Source of the DNA: Chrysomallon squamiferum
Lineage: Eukaryota > Animalia > Mollusca
Length of the DNA stretch: 64,000 bases
Assembly: GCA_012295275.1 (NCBI GenBank)
Contig: CM022667.1
Location: 5,022,001 to 5,086,000 of the forward strand
Direction: 5' to 3'
Positions 23,587 to 37,692 of this stretch are shown here, in pieces. The notes under the pieces were generated by a model, which did not search any database, was not told the origin of the DNA, and saw only the letters and a list, made by a program, of their open reading frames with translations. Made by a program: the position numbers and the translations under genes. Numbering within the stretch: the first letter of the stretch is position 1; the number at the start of each line of letters is the position of its first letter.

Positions 23587-25330
23587 TGTTTTTTTTTCTC
23601 TATTAATAGTTTTTGTACAGGAACACAGAAATAAAAACTGACATTTTTTAAAATTACTGTTTATCTTTTTTCATTTTTATTTTTGTGGGATTTGTTTGCT
23701 TAAGAAACTTGTAATTAAGTTTTTTAAATGTATTTTTTCATTTTTATTTTTCAGGTAAGATAGTCATTGTCTTGAAAAGGAATGAGATTTTGTTTTCTTT
23801 CTTTGGGAAGTGTCCACAATGTTGAAAATTCATCTGCAGACTGAATGACCTTGCAGTTTGTGTCAGTGACATTCATAACCTTTGAGGAGAAAAATAAACA
23901 AAATTGTCAGAAGGAATGACTGTGGCAACAGAGCCTATTATTTTTAAAACTCTATTTAAAAAAAGAATTATTAAAATGTAAGATGAAAATACATGTTTTA
24001 TGTGTTAATGACTGTCTTAATTACATATACATACATTACATACATTACATACATTACATACATACATACATACATACATATACACACACTTTAAGTTATA
24101 AATTATTTTTTATTCTAAAGAGAAATCTTTTGCTTATGGTTAACTTCTTTTAAATACAGTTGAATCAGCTATTGTATTCCGAGTTCAGGTGTGAAGATTC
24201 CGGTTAGAGTTACCTTCTCCTTGATTAATTAATACAGAATCTACTGGCATCAATGAAAGAAGCTAAGATACAAATCTCTTGGCTGTTAATGCAAAGTTTT
24301 ATTATTTCTCAGTATTAATATTATTATTTGATTAATTAATGCAATTTATTAACTTATCTATTTTTCTCTTGATTACCACCATGTAATGGATTAGCCCATG
24401 GAAACAAAGTACAAAAAAAATATATATAATCTTTTGCTTTTACAGATAATTTACATATAGTTTAATTTTGGTTAAAAAAAAAAAAAAAATAAGGAAAAAA
24501 TAAATATTTATAATAAATGTTTTATTTCCATTGGTTAAACTGAGAAAAACATTTAGTAAAACATAAAAATAAATAATTATTATTTAGATCATCACGATAA
24601 ACACATTTAGAAAAATGTATAAACAAAAAACACTGTTTAAGCTACAAAAATCATGAAAACAAAGCCGTTCTGATGTATTTATTATATGCCAACATGAAAA
24701 GAAAATCACAACATTAGGTAAGTTTATGAAATTAGTAAAGAAAACAATTAAAATATCAAATGCAACAAATAGTTTCATAATGCTAATGTGTTCATATATT
24801 TTTTCTGAGTATAAGTCAACACAAAAAGAGTAAACAAAGAGCATCAGAATCATTGATCCTTACACTTCCCATTAGGATACAAGGATACTTCCTTCCCCAA
24901 CCAGTGTTCCACAAAATCTCCCCAGTATATGAGAAGGTGCACACAAAGGTGACTTCCTGCTAATGATAAAAACAGCTGTGTGATAATTTAGTTTAACTTC
25001 TGCTATCAGTATGTTAACTTTATTAAAATACTCCCTTTCTTTTGTTCTTTGCATATAAAACATTGAGATCAAATTAAAAGGAAATCTGGGTCTTTGTGAA
25101 GGAAAACTTGTAGTGTCTGGTTACCTGTTCAACATCTATGATAAATAGCTTTTTTTCACAACCATGACACCAAAATAAAAACTCATGATTGTTTGATTTC
25201 ATTGAGAATTAATGCCACATCATAACATAAATATTTCTTTTGAAACAAAATGCAATGTGAATGGAACTTAAATAATTTTCAACACAGTTTACTTACACTA
25301 AATGTCCAGTCACATTTTCATTGGCCAGTT

Positions 25331-28300
25331 TCACACATTCTGGTATCTAGCTTCTCTGGAGCCATTGCCACAACCAGGCAGATTTTCCAGCTTATTAATA
25401 AGCTGTTCTTTGAATTCATTCTCTACATTGTTTACGTCTGGCCACTCTATAAACTCGCGTCGTTCAAGAATTCTTTCAAGTTGCTTAGGGATGCTTTTTG
25501 GTGGCAGCTTTCCTACCTTCACTACTGTGTAGTCTTCAATTTTTCCATCTAGTTTGGTTTGAATAATGATGGGAAATTGAAATTCACAACAAAAGCGACT
25601 ATCTACATAATGCGTCAAAATTATGTATGCGTGTTTACTGGCTTCAAGTGCTTCATCAAAATTGGATATTTCAGGTTTTCCATATGTGTAATCCCTACAT
25701 GGAAAGCAGAATTTGTAGTTGCCGTTTAAGGCTTGTCCACCAAGCTGACCGTTGTCTAAATTGGGCAAGAATTTATTCGCAACCCACTCTCGATCTTCTT
25801 CAGCCATTGAGATGTAAGCATCATAGACTTTCTCGTCACCAGGAATTTCCTGGTACTGTTCTTGATGTTTATTCTTCTTGTTCTTTTTCAGATATTTTTT
25901 CATTCGGTACCATCTCAGCTGAATAAACCATCTATGTCTGTGCAGAAGCAATCCAACGAATGAACAGAAAATTACAGTTGAAATGACACCACCTATTATT
26001 TTGTATAATGTGTAGTCAGTGCAGTCAATATGAGATGAACAGAATACACTGACTTTCTTAGTGTGCCAGCTTGAAGGAGAATTGCAGATCATCTCGTTCT
26101 GATGACTAAGTTCAGTTTTTGTTGTTTTCATCCACTGACAAAAGTCTTGAAAAGAACAAGTACAAGCAAAAGGGTTGTGAGAGAGATTCATATGTTGTAC
26201 AGACTGCAGATTTTTCATTGATGATCTTGGAATTGTAGAAATTAAGTTATTATTCAGATCCAGTTCTTGTAGAGCATTAGTAGAGGCAAACAGATCTCTT
26301 CCCCAGAATGAAATTTTGTTCTTTGTGAGATCAAGGATTTTGAGAGATGCAAGCTCCATAAATGTGTCATCAGGAAGATATGTGATGTTGTTGCTGGATA
26401 AGTCGAGTTGTTCCAGTTTGGTCAGACCTCTCAGAAGATTATTTTCTATGAGAACTGGTCCCAAGTTGTTGTTCTTCAAAATCATGTATTTGACAGAACT
26501 CAAGCTGCTGAAGAGGTCGTCTGGAAGAGAATGAATCTGATTGTTTGCCATGTTGAGATAGATAAGAGATGAAAGACTGGAGAAGAGGCCTGGTGTTTGT
26601 TGGATAGCCTTCAGATTGTTGTCACTGATCTCAAGAGAAATAAGTCTAATTAAAGAAATAAACAGTTTGTGCGGCAGAGTTGCTATTTTGTTTCTCTGCA
26701 GGTGCAGTTTTTTCAAATTTTGCAGGCCAATAAAGCTACCTTCATGAAGCTCATGAATGCCATTTTGAGTTAAATAGAGTTCTTTCATGTTTGTAAGATA
26801 AGAAAACACGCTGTCCCCAAGTCGGTCAATGTTGTTTCCATTAAGATGAAGTATTTCTAGTGAGGGAGGCAGTCCACTTGGCACAGAAGTTAAACTGTTG
26901 TCACTCAAAAACAATAGTTTAATAGTGAGATTCTCAAACGCTGACTCTGAAACCTGATCAATCTGACAAGCTTGTAAGTCTAGCGTCAACAGTTTTGGCA
27001 GATTTGCAAACGCTCTATCTGGAACTGTTTTTATCTTGTTGTTTGGCATCATCAAATACTTCAACGAGCTGTTTCTTAATATTCCGAAGGTGTAACTTGG
27101 AATTCTACCATCCAGCTGCAGACTTCTAATGTCGAGAGAAATGAGTTCTGAAGTTTGAAGTCCAGAGAGAACCATTTCAAGCTGCTTAGAATCAAGAGGA
27201 TTGAGTCCTATTCTCAGAGACTGAAGTTTGTTGAGGTAAGTAAATGCCAAACTGTCAACAGACCTAATGTTACATCGTGTTATTTCCAGTCTGCGGAGAC
27301 ATGAGTCACGTAGATTTCTGAACGTGTTGTTATTCAGGATTCCAATAGGATTGTTACTGAGAACAACGAGATTCAGGTGAGTAACATTAAGGAACGAACT
27401 GGGAAACGTGGCATTTCTAACGTTATTACCTTCCATCACAAATGTCTGGAGACCAACGAGATGTTTCACTTCAGGTATGGCTTTGAATCGATTAGCTGAT
27501 ATTGATAAGAAGTTGACAGATCTGGCACCTTCAAAAGCATCAATGTCATAGTCTTCAAGGTAATTTGTTGTAAGAATAACTGACTGCAGCAAAGGACATC
27601 CATTGAAAGCATTCTTCATGATCTGAGTTATCTGATTCTGTCTGAGGTCCACACTGATCAGGGTCTTCAGATAAGCAAAAGCAAATGGAAAGATGGAACC
27701 GATTACATTGTGGTCTAGTTTTATTGTTTTCAGATTAGTAAGGTTGCCGAAAGTGTAAGAAGGGACAGTTGGAATTCTGTTGTGACTCAGGGCGACATAC
27801 TGTAGGTGGATCAGCTTGCTGAATATGTCCTGTGGTATCTCTGATATCTCGTTGTATGACAAGTAAAGCTTCTCAATAGCCATGGGCAGATCTGCTGGGA
27901 CTTCTTTCAAACCCTTACCATCACAGTTCACTGATGTCAAAACCTTGTTGCAGATACACAAGTGTGGACATTGGTCTTGGCTGATAACCAAGTCTGTGGC
28001 CAAGAGCAGAACAAGAAAACCACAAAACAGTCTGAAACAAAATAAATGTATGTATATAGATGGTTGCACCAGACATGTTTTAATTACACTCATTTGTTCA
28101 CACACACAATCAAAGGTAGAAGAAATAAAAGAAGATTATATAATTAAAATATTAATAAATACAAATAAAAATGAAGAGATAGAGTAAAACATGGAAGTAC
28201 GTAGAATACATTTTAGCCAATAAAAGGTTCACTTAGTGAAAAGCAGGAACTAAATGTTTTAGTTATAAATAAATAAAACCTCATTGTTATGGCTAGTGAA

Positions 28301-28741
28301 AATCACATTGAAATATATGGGGAAAATAAACTTTTGAGATAAATTCACTTGCCAAATTTGTTTTCATCCAATACAAAAAATATTCATAGTTCAGCTTTTT
28401 AGTGAAGGAAAACATTTACTTGATCATTAACTTTTGAAGAAAAATAAAAAAATATGCTTCAAACAAATAACTTCAAAAAGAAAAACGTCTCGAAGCAGAC
28501 GATAGAAACTAAGACGGTATTCGGGAAGGTTCGGATCTGTCCGCGTATTCGACCGAGATGATCCGAGTGGTCGGGATACTGGGTCAGCGTGACACACTTC
28601 TGTTCATCAAGGCTACAGTTAACTACAAATAAATGCTGGCAAATTAGGGTAACCGGAAGCGTCCGGTTTACCTAACGACGAGCAAATCTTGTAGGTGAAA
28701 TAAATATCTGCGATAAAATTATTAATAGCTGCTCTTGTGTT

Positions 28742-28772
<31 letters not shown>

Positions 28773-28814
28773 CACGTAATATTTTTTGGGCAACTAAACC
28801 TTAACATTTTTAAA

Positions 28815-28851
<37 letters not shown>

Positions 28852-28918
28852 TTTGTTGTTGTTGTTGTCGGTGTTGTTGTTAGGTTGTTGTTATTGCTGT
28901 CGCTGCTGCTGCTGCTGC

Positions 28919-28977
<59 letters not shown>

Positions 28978-29441
28978 GTGCTAATATAAAAAAGATCGTA
29001 CGAAAAATGTAGCCTGTCAACTCGGAATCACTTTCCAGTTTCCCCATCATTAACACAGACACCACCACTATACACGGAAAACAAATTTCTCATTTTATTT
29101 TAAAAACAACATTTTTCTATAAACTTATTCTTTACACAGACAGACTGCACTTGACTTAACCCCGGTTTAGCGAGCGCGTTAGGCACACATCACTAGTTCT
29201 CCGTCAGAGTACGTCTATATCGTTAATTGTCTTATTATCTGATTACTTCATAAACTGAAGATTATTAACTACGAAAAGAATGCAACAATGAAAACAGATT
29301 AACCGTACTAAAAAAAATAAATAAATAAAAAAATAAATAAATAAATAAAATTAAAATTAAAAATAAATAGAAAAACATGAGAATAGCAACAATGCAGTCT
29401 AGCGGTTCGTTATTTTAAAAACAGTGACATACGAACCTCAT
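25331..29441 (-). CDS. Toll-like receptor (single cysteine-cluster type: LRRNT, many LRRs, LRRCT, TM, TIR); main exon 28031-25331, probable 5-nt first coding exon 29441-29437
   Basis: The 924-aa ORF has CPHLCIC (LRRNT), many LxxLxLxxN repeats, NPFACTC (LRRCT), TM IIGGVISTVIFCSFVGLLL and TIR box 1 YDAYIS. Acceptor ttttgtttcag lies just before 28031. ATG AG|gttcgt at 29441 gives the signal peptide MRLFCGFLVLLLATDLVIS; this first exon is less certain. Confidence 0.92.
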
Positions 29442-29567
29442 GTCGAGTGTAGACAGACCAGCCAGTGTAGGTTCGACAGCTCGCCAGCAATACCTGTAGC
29501 AAGACGGTGATGTTACAAATGCAATTAAATAAATTTAGTCATTTCCAGTATAATGTAAATCGTCATA

Positions 29568-30051
29568 GGAATTCCAATTTCAGTTGCTATTTTTCATCGA
29601 AAATTTGTGACCCGTTTCGACACTATTGCGTAGGCAACGTATGGAACGGTCTATTCATCAAGCGTAGGTGATTCAGCTCCTTGATGCCATCCCATCTATA
29701 CAAAAGCAAAATTGTTTTCTTTAGTTAATTCATTAGTTTTGTTATCTGGTTTTCAACCTTCTTTTATACATGTTCATTCGAATTAAATTGTATATAATTA
29801 TATAGTATTTCTAATCAACAAACTTATTTTAAAAATCGAAAAAAAAAAAAAAAAAAAAAAAACGCCTACAGCCTATTCGGCTGGGAAAATCCGGATGATT
29901 AATTTAAATGTCAGATTACGAAATGGGTATTTCCATATAATTATAAGCCTTTGTAGATCTTGTTCAGAAACTGTGGGCAGATAATTGCAAATTATGGAAT
30001 GTTTCTAAAATAGCAGACAACTATTACTGTAGAGCAGTCGTGGGAAAACTG
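29568..30051. promoter_or_regulatory. Cluster of NF-kB-like sites upstream of the TLR
   Basis: GGAATTCC 29568, GGGAAAATCC 29883, GGGTATTTCC 29925, GGGAAAACTG 30042. Confidence 0.45.
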
Positions 30052-30715
30052 CGGTCAGCCTAATTTCACAAGGAAAATAACGTTAATTCAAATTTTATAA
30101 AATCAGTCTATTTTGCATCTACTAATACACTAAAACACACGTAATTTTTTAATTATTATTTTTTTTTTTATGTTTTTAATTATAACAGTTCCTGAAGTAA
30201 ATGAAAATGAAAAACCTCATGCGGCCCGCTTCTCGAATAAGTTTGACCACGCCTGCTGTCGTGAGACAGCGACCGGTGACAGAAAATCGATAAATATTGT
30301 TTTCTACATCGTTAGTAGTCTTTATAAAATTATACCGTTCTTCAGGAGGAATGTCTGCGACAGACACGCCCACTGACCTGTCAGAAAACGTGCCTGCCGC
30401 AAACGTGGCTGTCGCAGACGAGCTTCGCAATAGCTTGCTGATTACCACGTTAATTGTTTTCGAGGTTCAAGGTTCAAAGAGGAATAACTCCAGTTTACTT
30501 TTGTTCTGGTGATTCTGAATCATCCGTGAAACCATGCATGTCTTCTTTTTTCTCGGTACATTAATTTTTGTTTGTTGTAATACAAAGGACGAATATGCAT
30601 TTCATAACTTAACTGAACACCGATGATTTATATCACTATGGCCTATATTTAGTACAAACCGAAACTTGTAGTTATTCTTACAATACAATGAAAACATAAT
30701 CTGACATTTTCTTCA

Positions 30716-30789
<74 letters not shown>

Positions 30790-31026
30790 AACAACATAAC
30801 ACGTAATATGATTTCTGTCTGAGGTCACCGCCTAACTGTGCATGTGAATGTTATTCGGTTTTCGAAATTATCTCGTTCCAGAAAGCTGTTCGAAAACTGA
30901 ATAATTCGTTTCCCATAACTAATAATATAAATTGCATTAATCAGTTCCAAGCCCACAGTAATTACCCGTTTTAAAGTATTTCAAGTAAAAATATTGCCCA
31001 CCTGCCTATACTCACACGCACGCACG

Positions 31027-31057
<31 letters not shown>

Positions 31058-31675
31058 ACAACAACTGTAAACAGACGAAATAAAAGAAGATTTAACTGCA
31101 CTGTACCTGTACTGAGCAGAGCAGACGTCGTAAGTGGTAGGCGTTTCTAAAAGATACGTGTGTGCGTGTTTATATGTATGTATATATATATATATAAAAC
31201 ACACACACTTTTAATTATTATTGTTAACGAATAGGTTAGATATAGTGTGTAATTTCAGAATATTGTAAATTATACAGAGAATAAAAAAGCTCGGTATTTA
31301 ACCTTGACCTGTGTCCGTTTACTGCATAATGTTTTTTTTTTTTTTTTTTTTTTTTTTTCCTTCACCACGTGCCTGATAACAAATAAATAAAAAAATAAAA
31401 ATAAAATAAAATAAAATAAAAGGAAGAAGGAAAGAAAAAAGTTAAAAAAAAAAGAGAAATATGTTGTATTTATGTAGTAGTGGTAATTATAATAATGAAG
31501 ATGATGATGATGATGATGATGATGGTGATAATGATAATAATAATTATTAGTATGTTATTGTTGTTGTAGTTGTTGTTGTTATCAGTGACAGGTGCTGTAG
31601 CACACAAACACGTGGTTAGTTATCTAACTGCGATCAGCCGTTCACAACGAAGTCACGTAGAAGTAAGTACTTAGC

Positions 31676-32003
<328 letters not shown>

Positions 32004-32641
32004 TATTTAAATATTTTATATAGACCATATTTTGACAAGTCTAAATACAACACCAACAACATGACGAATAGCACCACCACCACCAATAATAATTAAAATA
32101 ATAATCGACATAACAATAATAATAATAATAATGGAAAAATAAAATATTTATTTTTAAGAAAGCAGAAGAAAGAAAATTATCAGTAAACTTTACCTTTCTC
32201 ATGAAAAAAAAAAAAAAAAAAAAAAAAAAAAACGAAAAAATAAAAGTGGGCAACCACCGAATAAAATAATTTAAAAAGAATCAATAATCAGCAACACCAC
32301 GATAAAAAAATAGAAAAATGATAATACTTTTTTCTTTTTCTTTTTAAGTTATTCTTCTGAACCAAATATCTGGAGTATTCATAATGATAATTAGAAATGA
32401 ACGTGATCGTTTTTAGTTATTTCATTCGCAGTGACTGTTTAATATTTGATCGAGGGTTGAATGTTGTGCAGTTGGTAAAATAATTATGGTATATTGTTCT
32501 TTTTTTTAAAATTTATACCAGATACACCCACATATACATACATAAATTCATACATGCTTACGTATAAATCTATGCAATTATATATAGATATATATATTCT
32601 GTGTGTGTGTGTGCGTGCGCGCAAAAGCGCCTGTTTTCATC

Positions 32642-32685
<44 letters not shown>

Positions 32686-32783
32686 AATACATACATACAT
32701 ACATCTATATATATATATATATACACACACATACATACATACATACATATACATATACATATATATTTTTTCAGGCTGTAGCT

Positions 32784-33953
32784 ATGAGGTTTTTTCTGCT
32801 GCTTGTCTGTGTAGCTGCTGCAGGGTGTAACGTACTGAGTTCGATACTTCACAGAGAACATCAGGTTATTAATGAAATCAAACTAGATGGTACGTGCTAC
32901 CATACTGTTTTAAACTCAGATTTCAAAGCGTACCCAGTTTTATGAATGTTTATACTGGAAATAGTGGTTAAAATTCTTATCTTTTAGCAACAGCGCAAGA
33001 AATATATCCACACACACACACACACACACACACAAAATAAACAGAATAAATAAATAAATAAATAAGGGTTAATATTCCAAAGATATATTTGTAAACAAAG
33101 AAACGTCAAGATAATAGTGAACGTAAAGCAGCTATTTGTCTTTTTTTTCTGTCCACGTGTGTCCCCCCATTCACAGCTTATTTGTTTAATTTTAGATAAC
33201 TTTCAATGTACATAATAAAATGAGAAAGAAAGAAACATGGCGGCCAATGTGTACTGTTTCGTGTGGTCCTTACATTATTAAAAGTAGTAAATACTGTTTT
33301 GAAATCAGACAAAAACAATCATTTTCTAGTGTACAGAATGCATTTTCTCTTTCTGATATATAAAATTTAAGAAGAAACCTGTTGTTTGCAATCACATACG
33401 ATGTATAAGCTTACAAAACAAAATACTTGAACTCCGCATGAGATGATTTTCTAAAATGTTTTGACGTCAACTCGTACGTCTAGAACAAGTCTACAACTTT
33501 TCTCTGTTTAGTTATTGACGGGGTCATGGAGAAACTGCAGCAACTACAACAACATTTTACCCAACATCGTCCACAGAAGAGGTTTGTCGCCAACAACGTC
33601 AAAGAGGTCGTCAGCTGTGAGTTAAAAACTGTTGTTGTACACAAATTATACTAAAATATACTACCATTCATTTTATATTCATACACATTCACACACACGC
33701 ACACACACACTGATACACACGCACGACTTTCTCACATTTATTTTTGTATATCCGACAGTATTAGAAAAAAAAAATCATATTTATTTTAAGTTGTTATTGT
33801 TATTTTCATTGTTACTGTTATTATTATTATTATTATTACTATTATTATTACTGCGTTGTTGAGGATGATGTTGACGCTGTTATTCTTATACACAATAAAT
33901 CTGATAATTTCAGCCGTTGTTGACACTGTGAAAGGTACGTATCACAGTAAGTA

Positions 33954-33988
<35 letters not shown>

Positions 33989-34100
33989 ATTTATATATTT
34001 ATTTATTTTTATTTATTTATATTTACTTATTCACTTTTTAAATTTGTTTATGCTCCCTTGTAAAATAATAACAAAATATCTTAATAATAATAAAATAAAA

Positions 34101-34138
<38 letters not shown>

Positions 34139-34182
34139 TAATAATAAAATAAAAAATAATAATAATAATAATTAACAATAAC

Positions 34183-34232
<50 letters not shown>

Positions 34233-34675
34233 TTCTTCTTACTGTTGTTTGTCTGGATTTCTCTCATTTAAATCATCATCACTGCAGTCATCACCATCAT
34301 CGTCGTCATCATCATCATCATCATCATCATGGTGAATTTCCACCGATGCAGATGCTGCTAATGATGATGGTAATTCTGACGTCTAGGAGGAAGATGATGA
34401 CTATGATGTCGTAGTGGTGATAATGATACTGATGACGTATTACTGCTGTTGTTATCTAATTGTAGGTGCTGCTGGAACTGTGCATGCTATAGCTCATGGT
34501 AACGTCATTGTTCACAACACACACACACACACACACACGCACGCACGCACGCACAAACACACACGTACATACTTATGTAAAGTCATACTCTCTCTCGCTC
34601 ACCCCTCCCCGCAAACCCACACACATGCACACACACATTAACTCACAATCATACATACAGACACTCATGCATATA

Positions 34676-34720
<45 letters not shown>

Positions 34721-35662
34721 GGCGTTATTATACAACTGTGGCATCTACTATTACTCATTACGTATATACTACTGGCATTAATACGATGACTAAATATATT
34801 GCTATGTGTAGTTTCAATATTTTGTTACTACACCTGTATTCTTTTCAGAAAAAAAAAAAAGAGTTAATAATAATAATAAATAAATGAAACGAAATAAATA
34901 AATAAATAAATAAATAAATTTAAAAAAAAAATAAAAAAGGAAAAAAGGAGAAAAAAAAAAAAAGACGATAAAAGCAACAACACAAACAAACTACAAATTG
35001 TTAAAAATAAACAAACAAACAAACAAACAAACACAGAAATAAACAAATAAATGAAATAAAAGAATCTGTTACAGATTACTGGGAATGTAATGATACTAAT
35101 TACAGCCTGTTTTCATTGCAGCTGTGTCGGAAACGGCAAACACTGTCGACTACCTTGCTAACGGTAAGTTAAGATGTAAAACAAAACTAAAAAACTTAAC
35201 AAAAACACTGTCAGTTATCGTAGCTTGATATCAATATGAATATTTCGCAATGTCATCCTCCATTAGTATAGAAAGGGTTTAAAAAAAATAATAATAATAA
35301 AAAATAAAAAATTATGTATGTATGTATGTATATGCAAATAAAATAAAATAAAAAGTAAATTTGTTGTGCAGTCTGTAACATGTAAAACATGCAGTTCAGT
35401 ATTCACTATTCGGTAGTCACTGTTCAGTATTCACTATTCAGTATTCACTGTTCAGTATTCACCGTTCAGTAGTCACTGTTCAGTAGTCACTATTCAGTTA
35501 AACTGGTTGTTTATCTTGCAGAAACCATCGTTGTGCTGGATCACTTGTTTGGTGAGCGTTTGTCAGCCGTATACAGAGCTGAACGAGTATTTAGTACACA
35601 GTGTTCAAATGATTTTGTCACTAACTGATAGCGTAATGGAAATAATACTTGTATTAATATTT

Positions 35663-35706
<44 letters not shown>

Positions 35707-36031
35707 ATAGCAGTGTTGTAGTAATAGCAATAATAATAGTAGTATAATTGAAGTAGTAGTAATAATAGTTGTATTAATAGCAGTAGTAGCAGTTGTTGAA
35801 GTAGTAGTAATAATAGCAGTAGTAACAGTATAGTAGCAGTAATAGCAATGTTGTAATTGTAATAGTAATAATAATAACAGCAGAATGAGCAATAGTAATA
35901 AAACACTAATTACAAAATATAATTATTAACAACCATAAGAAAACAAAACAAAACTAAAATAAACACCTAAAGAACACAAAAGCAATCTGATGTTTTCATA
36001 TTTATGTAAAATATTTCTTATTGCAGGATGA
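32784..36031 (+). CDS. Micro-exon secreted prepropeptide gene A (113 aa); coding exons 32784-32889, 33512-33616, 33914-33934, 34466-34498, 35122-35163, 35522-35551, 36027-36031; probable UTR exons ending 31129 and starting 36312
   Basis: MRFFLLLVCVAAAGCNVLSSILHREHQVINEIKLD|VIDGVMEKLQQLQQHFTQHRPQKRFVANNVKEVVS|SVVDTVK|GAAGTVHAIAH|AVSETANTVDYLAN|ETIVVLDHLF|G*. All coding introns are phase 1 with canonical AG/GT. Most exons have a counterpart in gene B. Confidence 0.8.
35393..35499 (+). repeat. 14-bp tandem repeat (gttcagtattcact) just upstream of a micro-exon acceptor
   Basis: About 7 imperfect copies ending shortly before the 35521 acceptor. Confidence 0.8.
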
Positions 36032-36154
36032 TAATAATTACGTAAGTATGAAAATACTAATTTAATACAAGGTATTTGGTACAAATATTTCAAATAGTAC
36101 TAACACTATTAACAGAAATTATAATAAGAAGAATTAACAAAAACAAGAACAATC

Positions 36155-36187
<33 letters not shown>

Positions 36188-37021
36188 TAATAATAATAAT
36201 AATAATAATAAACCTCTTTGTTGAAATATATAATGCTTGAAGATACATATACACACTTTTTCATATTTAATTTTAAATATATCTTCTTTTTATTTTTTTT
36301 TTTTTTTCCAGGAACTTATTGAAATAATAATGTAATAAAAATGAGAAGCTCTTTGTTAGTTATTATTTTGTTTGTTTATCTTCTTATTTTATGACTCTGG
36401 GGTGTATCAGTAGTACATTTTGAGTAAATATAAAAAAAATAGTAAATATGTTCGTTGTGAACAATATAATATCGAGTGCATTCATGAAATTTATGTAATA
36501 ATAATAATTCTGTTATTTTAGGTTATAATGGCTTTTAAACTTTTTGTTAAAGATATCTCTTCTAAGTCAATACGCCAGAATTTGTAAAAAAAAAAAAAAA
36601 AAAAAATATTTTATATTAAAACAATACACCATAAGACCAAGTGACAAAAAAAGAAAAGAAAAAGAGAAAAAAGTTGTTCTTTAGAAACCGATAAAAATTG
36701 TTGTTCACACAGAAACCACACACGTACATTATATGTTCACACACACACATTATTATATATATAATAAAAATAGAAATAAAAAATATAGAACCCCCCAAAA
36801 CAAACCAAATGAAACAAAAAAAAAATATAGCCAAAAAAAGCCCATCAAAATGAAAATAAGAAAACAAGAACAACAAACACACAAAGCAGAAGAGAAAAAC
36901 AATAAAAGAAAACATATAAAAGACTTATTCTGTTTTTCTCCCCAAAAAGAAACCTTGTCGCTGATGATAAAAGTCTTCCTTAATCACAAGTATGAAACCA
37001 AAAAATATATATAAAAAACAC

Positions 37022-37062
<41 letters not shown>

Positions 37063-37447
37063 CATATATATATCTCTGTGTGTGTATATGTGTGTGTGTG
37101 TCTGTGTGTGTACATATATATGTGTTTGTGTGTGTATATATATGTGTGTGTCTGTGTGTGTGTGTGTGTGTACATACATACATACATTATATATATATAT
37201 ATATATCTATAAATAATAAATAAATGAATAAAAAAAAAAAAAAAGAAACAAACGTTAAAGAAAGAAAGAAAGACCTAAAAAAGAAAAAAAGAAAAAGAAA
37301 AAAGACAAAACAAACAAACAAACAGTGTATTTGTAGTTTTGTGAGTGCACTGTGCATGGCAATTAAAATGAAGAAAAAGAAGAAGAAATAATTATATAAT
37401 AATCACACCAAATTATAAATATAATTATGTCGTTTCAAATTCTGTAG

Positions 37448-37495
<48 letters not shown>

Positions 37496-37555
37496 CTAGT
37501 AATATACAAATTCGGGTAGACTGTAGAGCGACAAATGGAGTATTTCTGACGTGTG

Positions 37556-37692
37556 TATAAAAGACACGTAGAGAGGCGTGTGAACTGACACGTGGTCCTG
37601 GTGCTATCAGTTACGACACACAAAGTGCACACGACACGTTCAAAACTGCACCGCTCCCGAGCTTTTTTATCTGAGATTTAACAACGACAGAC
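37556..37692 (+). promoter_or_regulatory. TATA box and non-coding first exon of gene B
   Basis: TATAAAAG at ~37556, an E-box CACGTG at ~37589, then donor cagac|gtaagt at ~37692. Gene A has a comparable cagacgtc|gtaagt at 31129. Confidence 0.55.

Noticed and set aside
28032-28105. N-terminal 25 aa of the 924-aa TLR ORF
   Set aside because: Starts at a non-ATG codon, lies upstream of a clear acceptor and would mask the signal peptide; intronic.
30170-30512. Short overlapping ORFs in the GC-rich island
   Set aside because: No convincing splice signals or protein motifs; better explained as non-coding regulatory/structured sequence.
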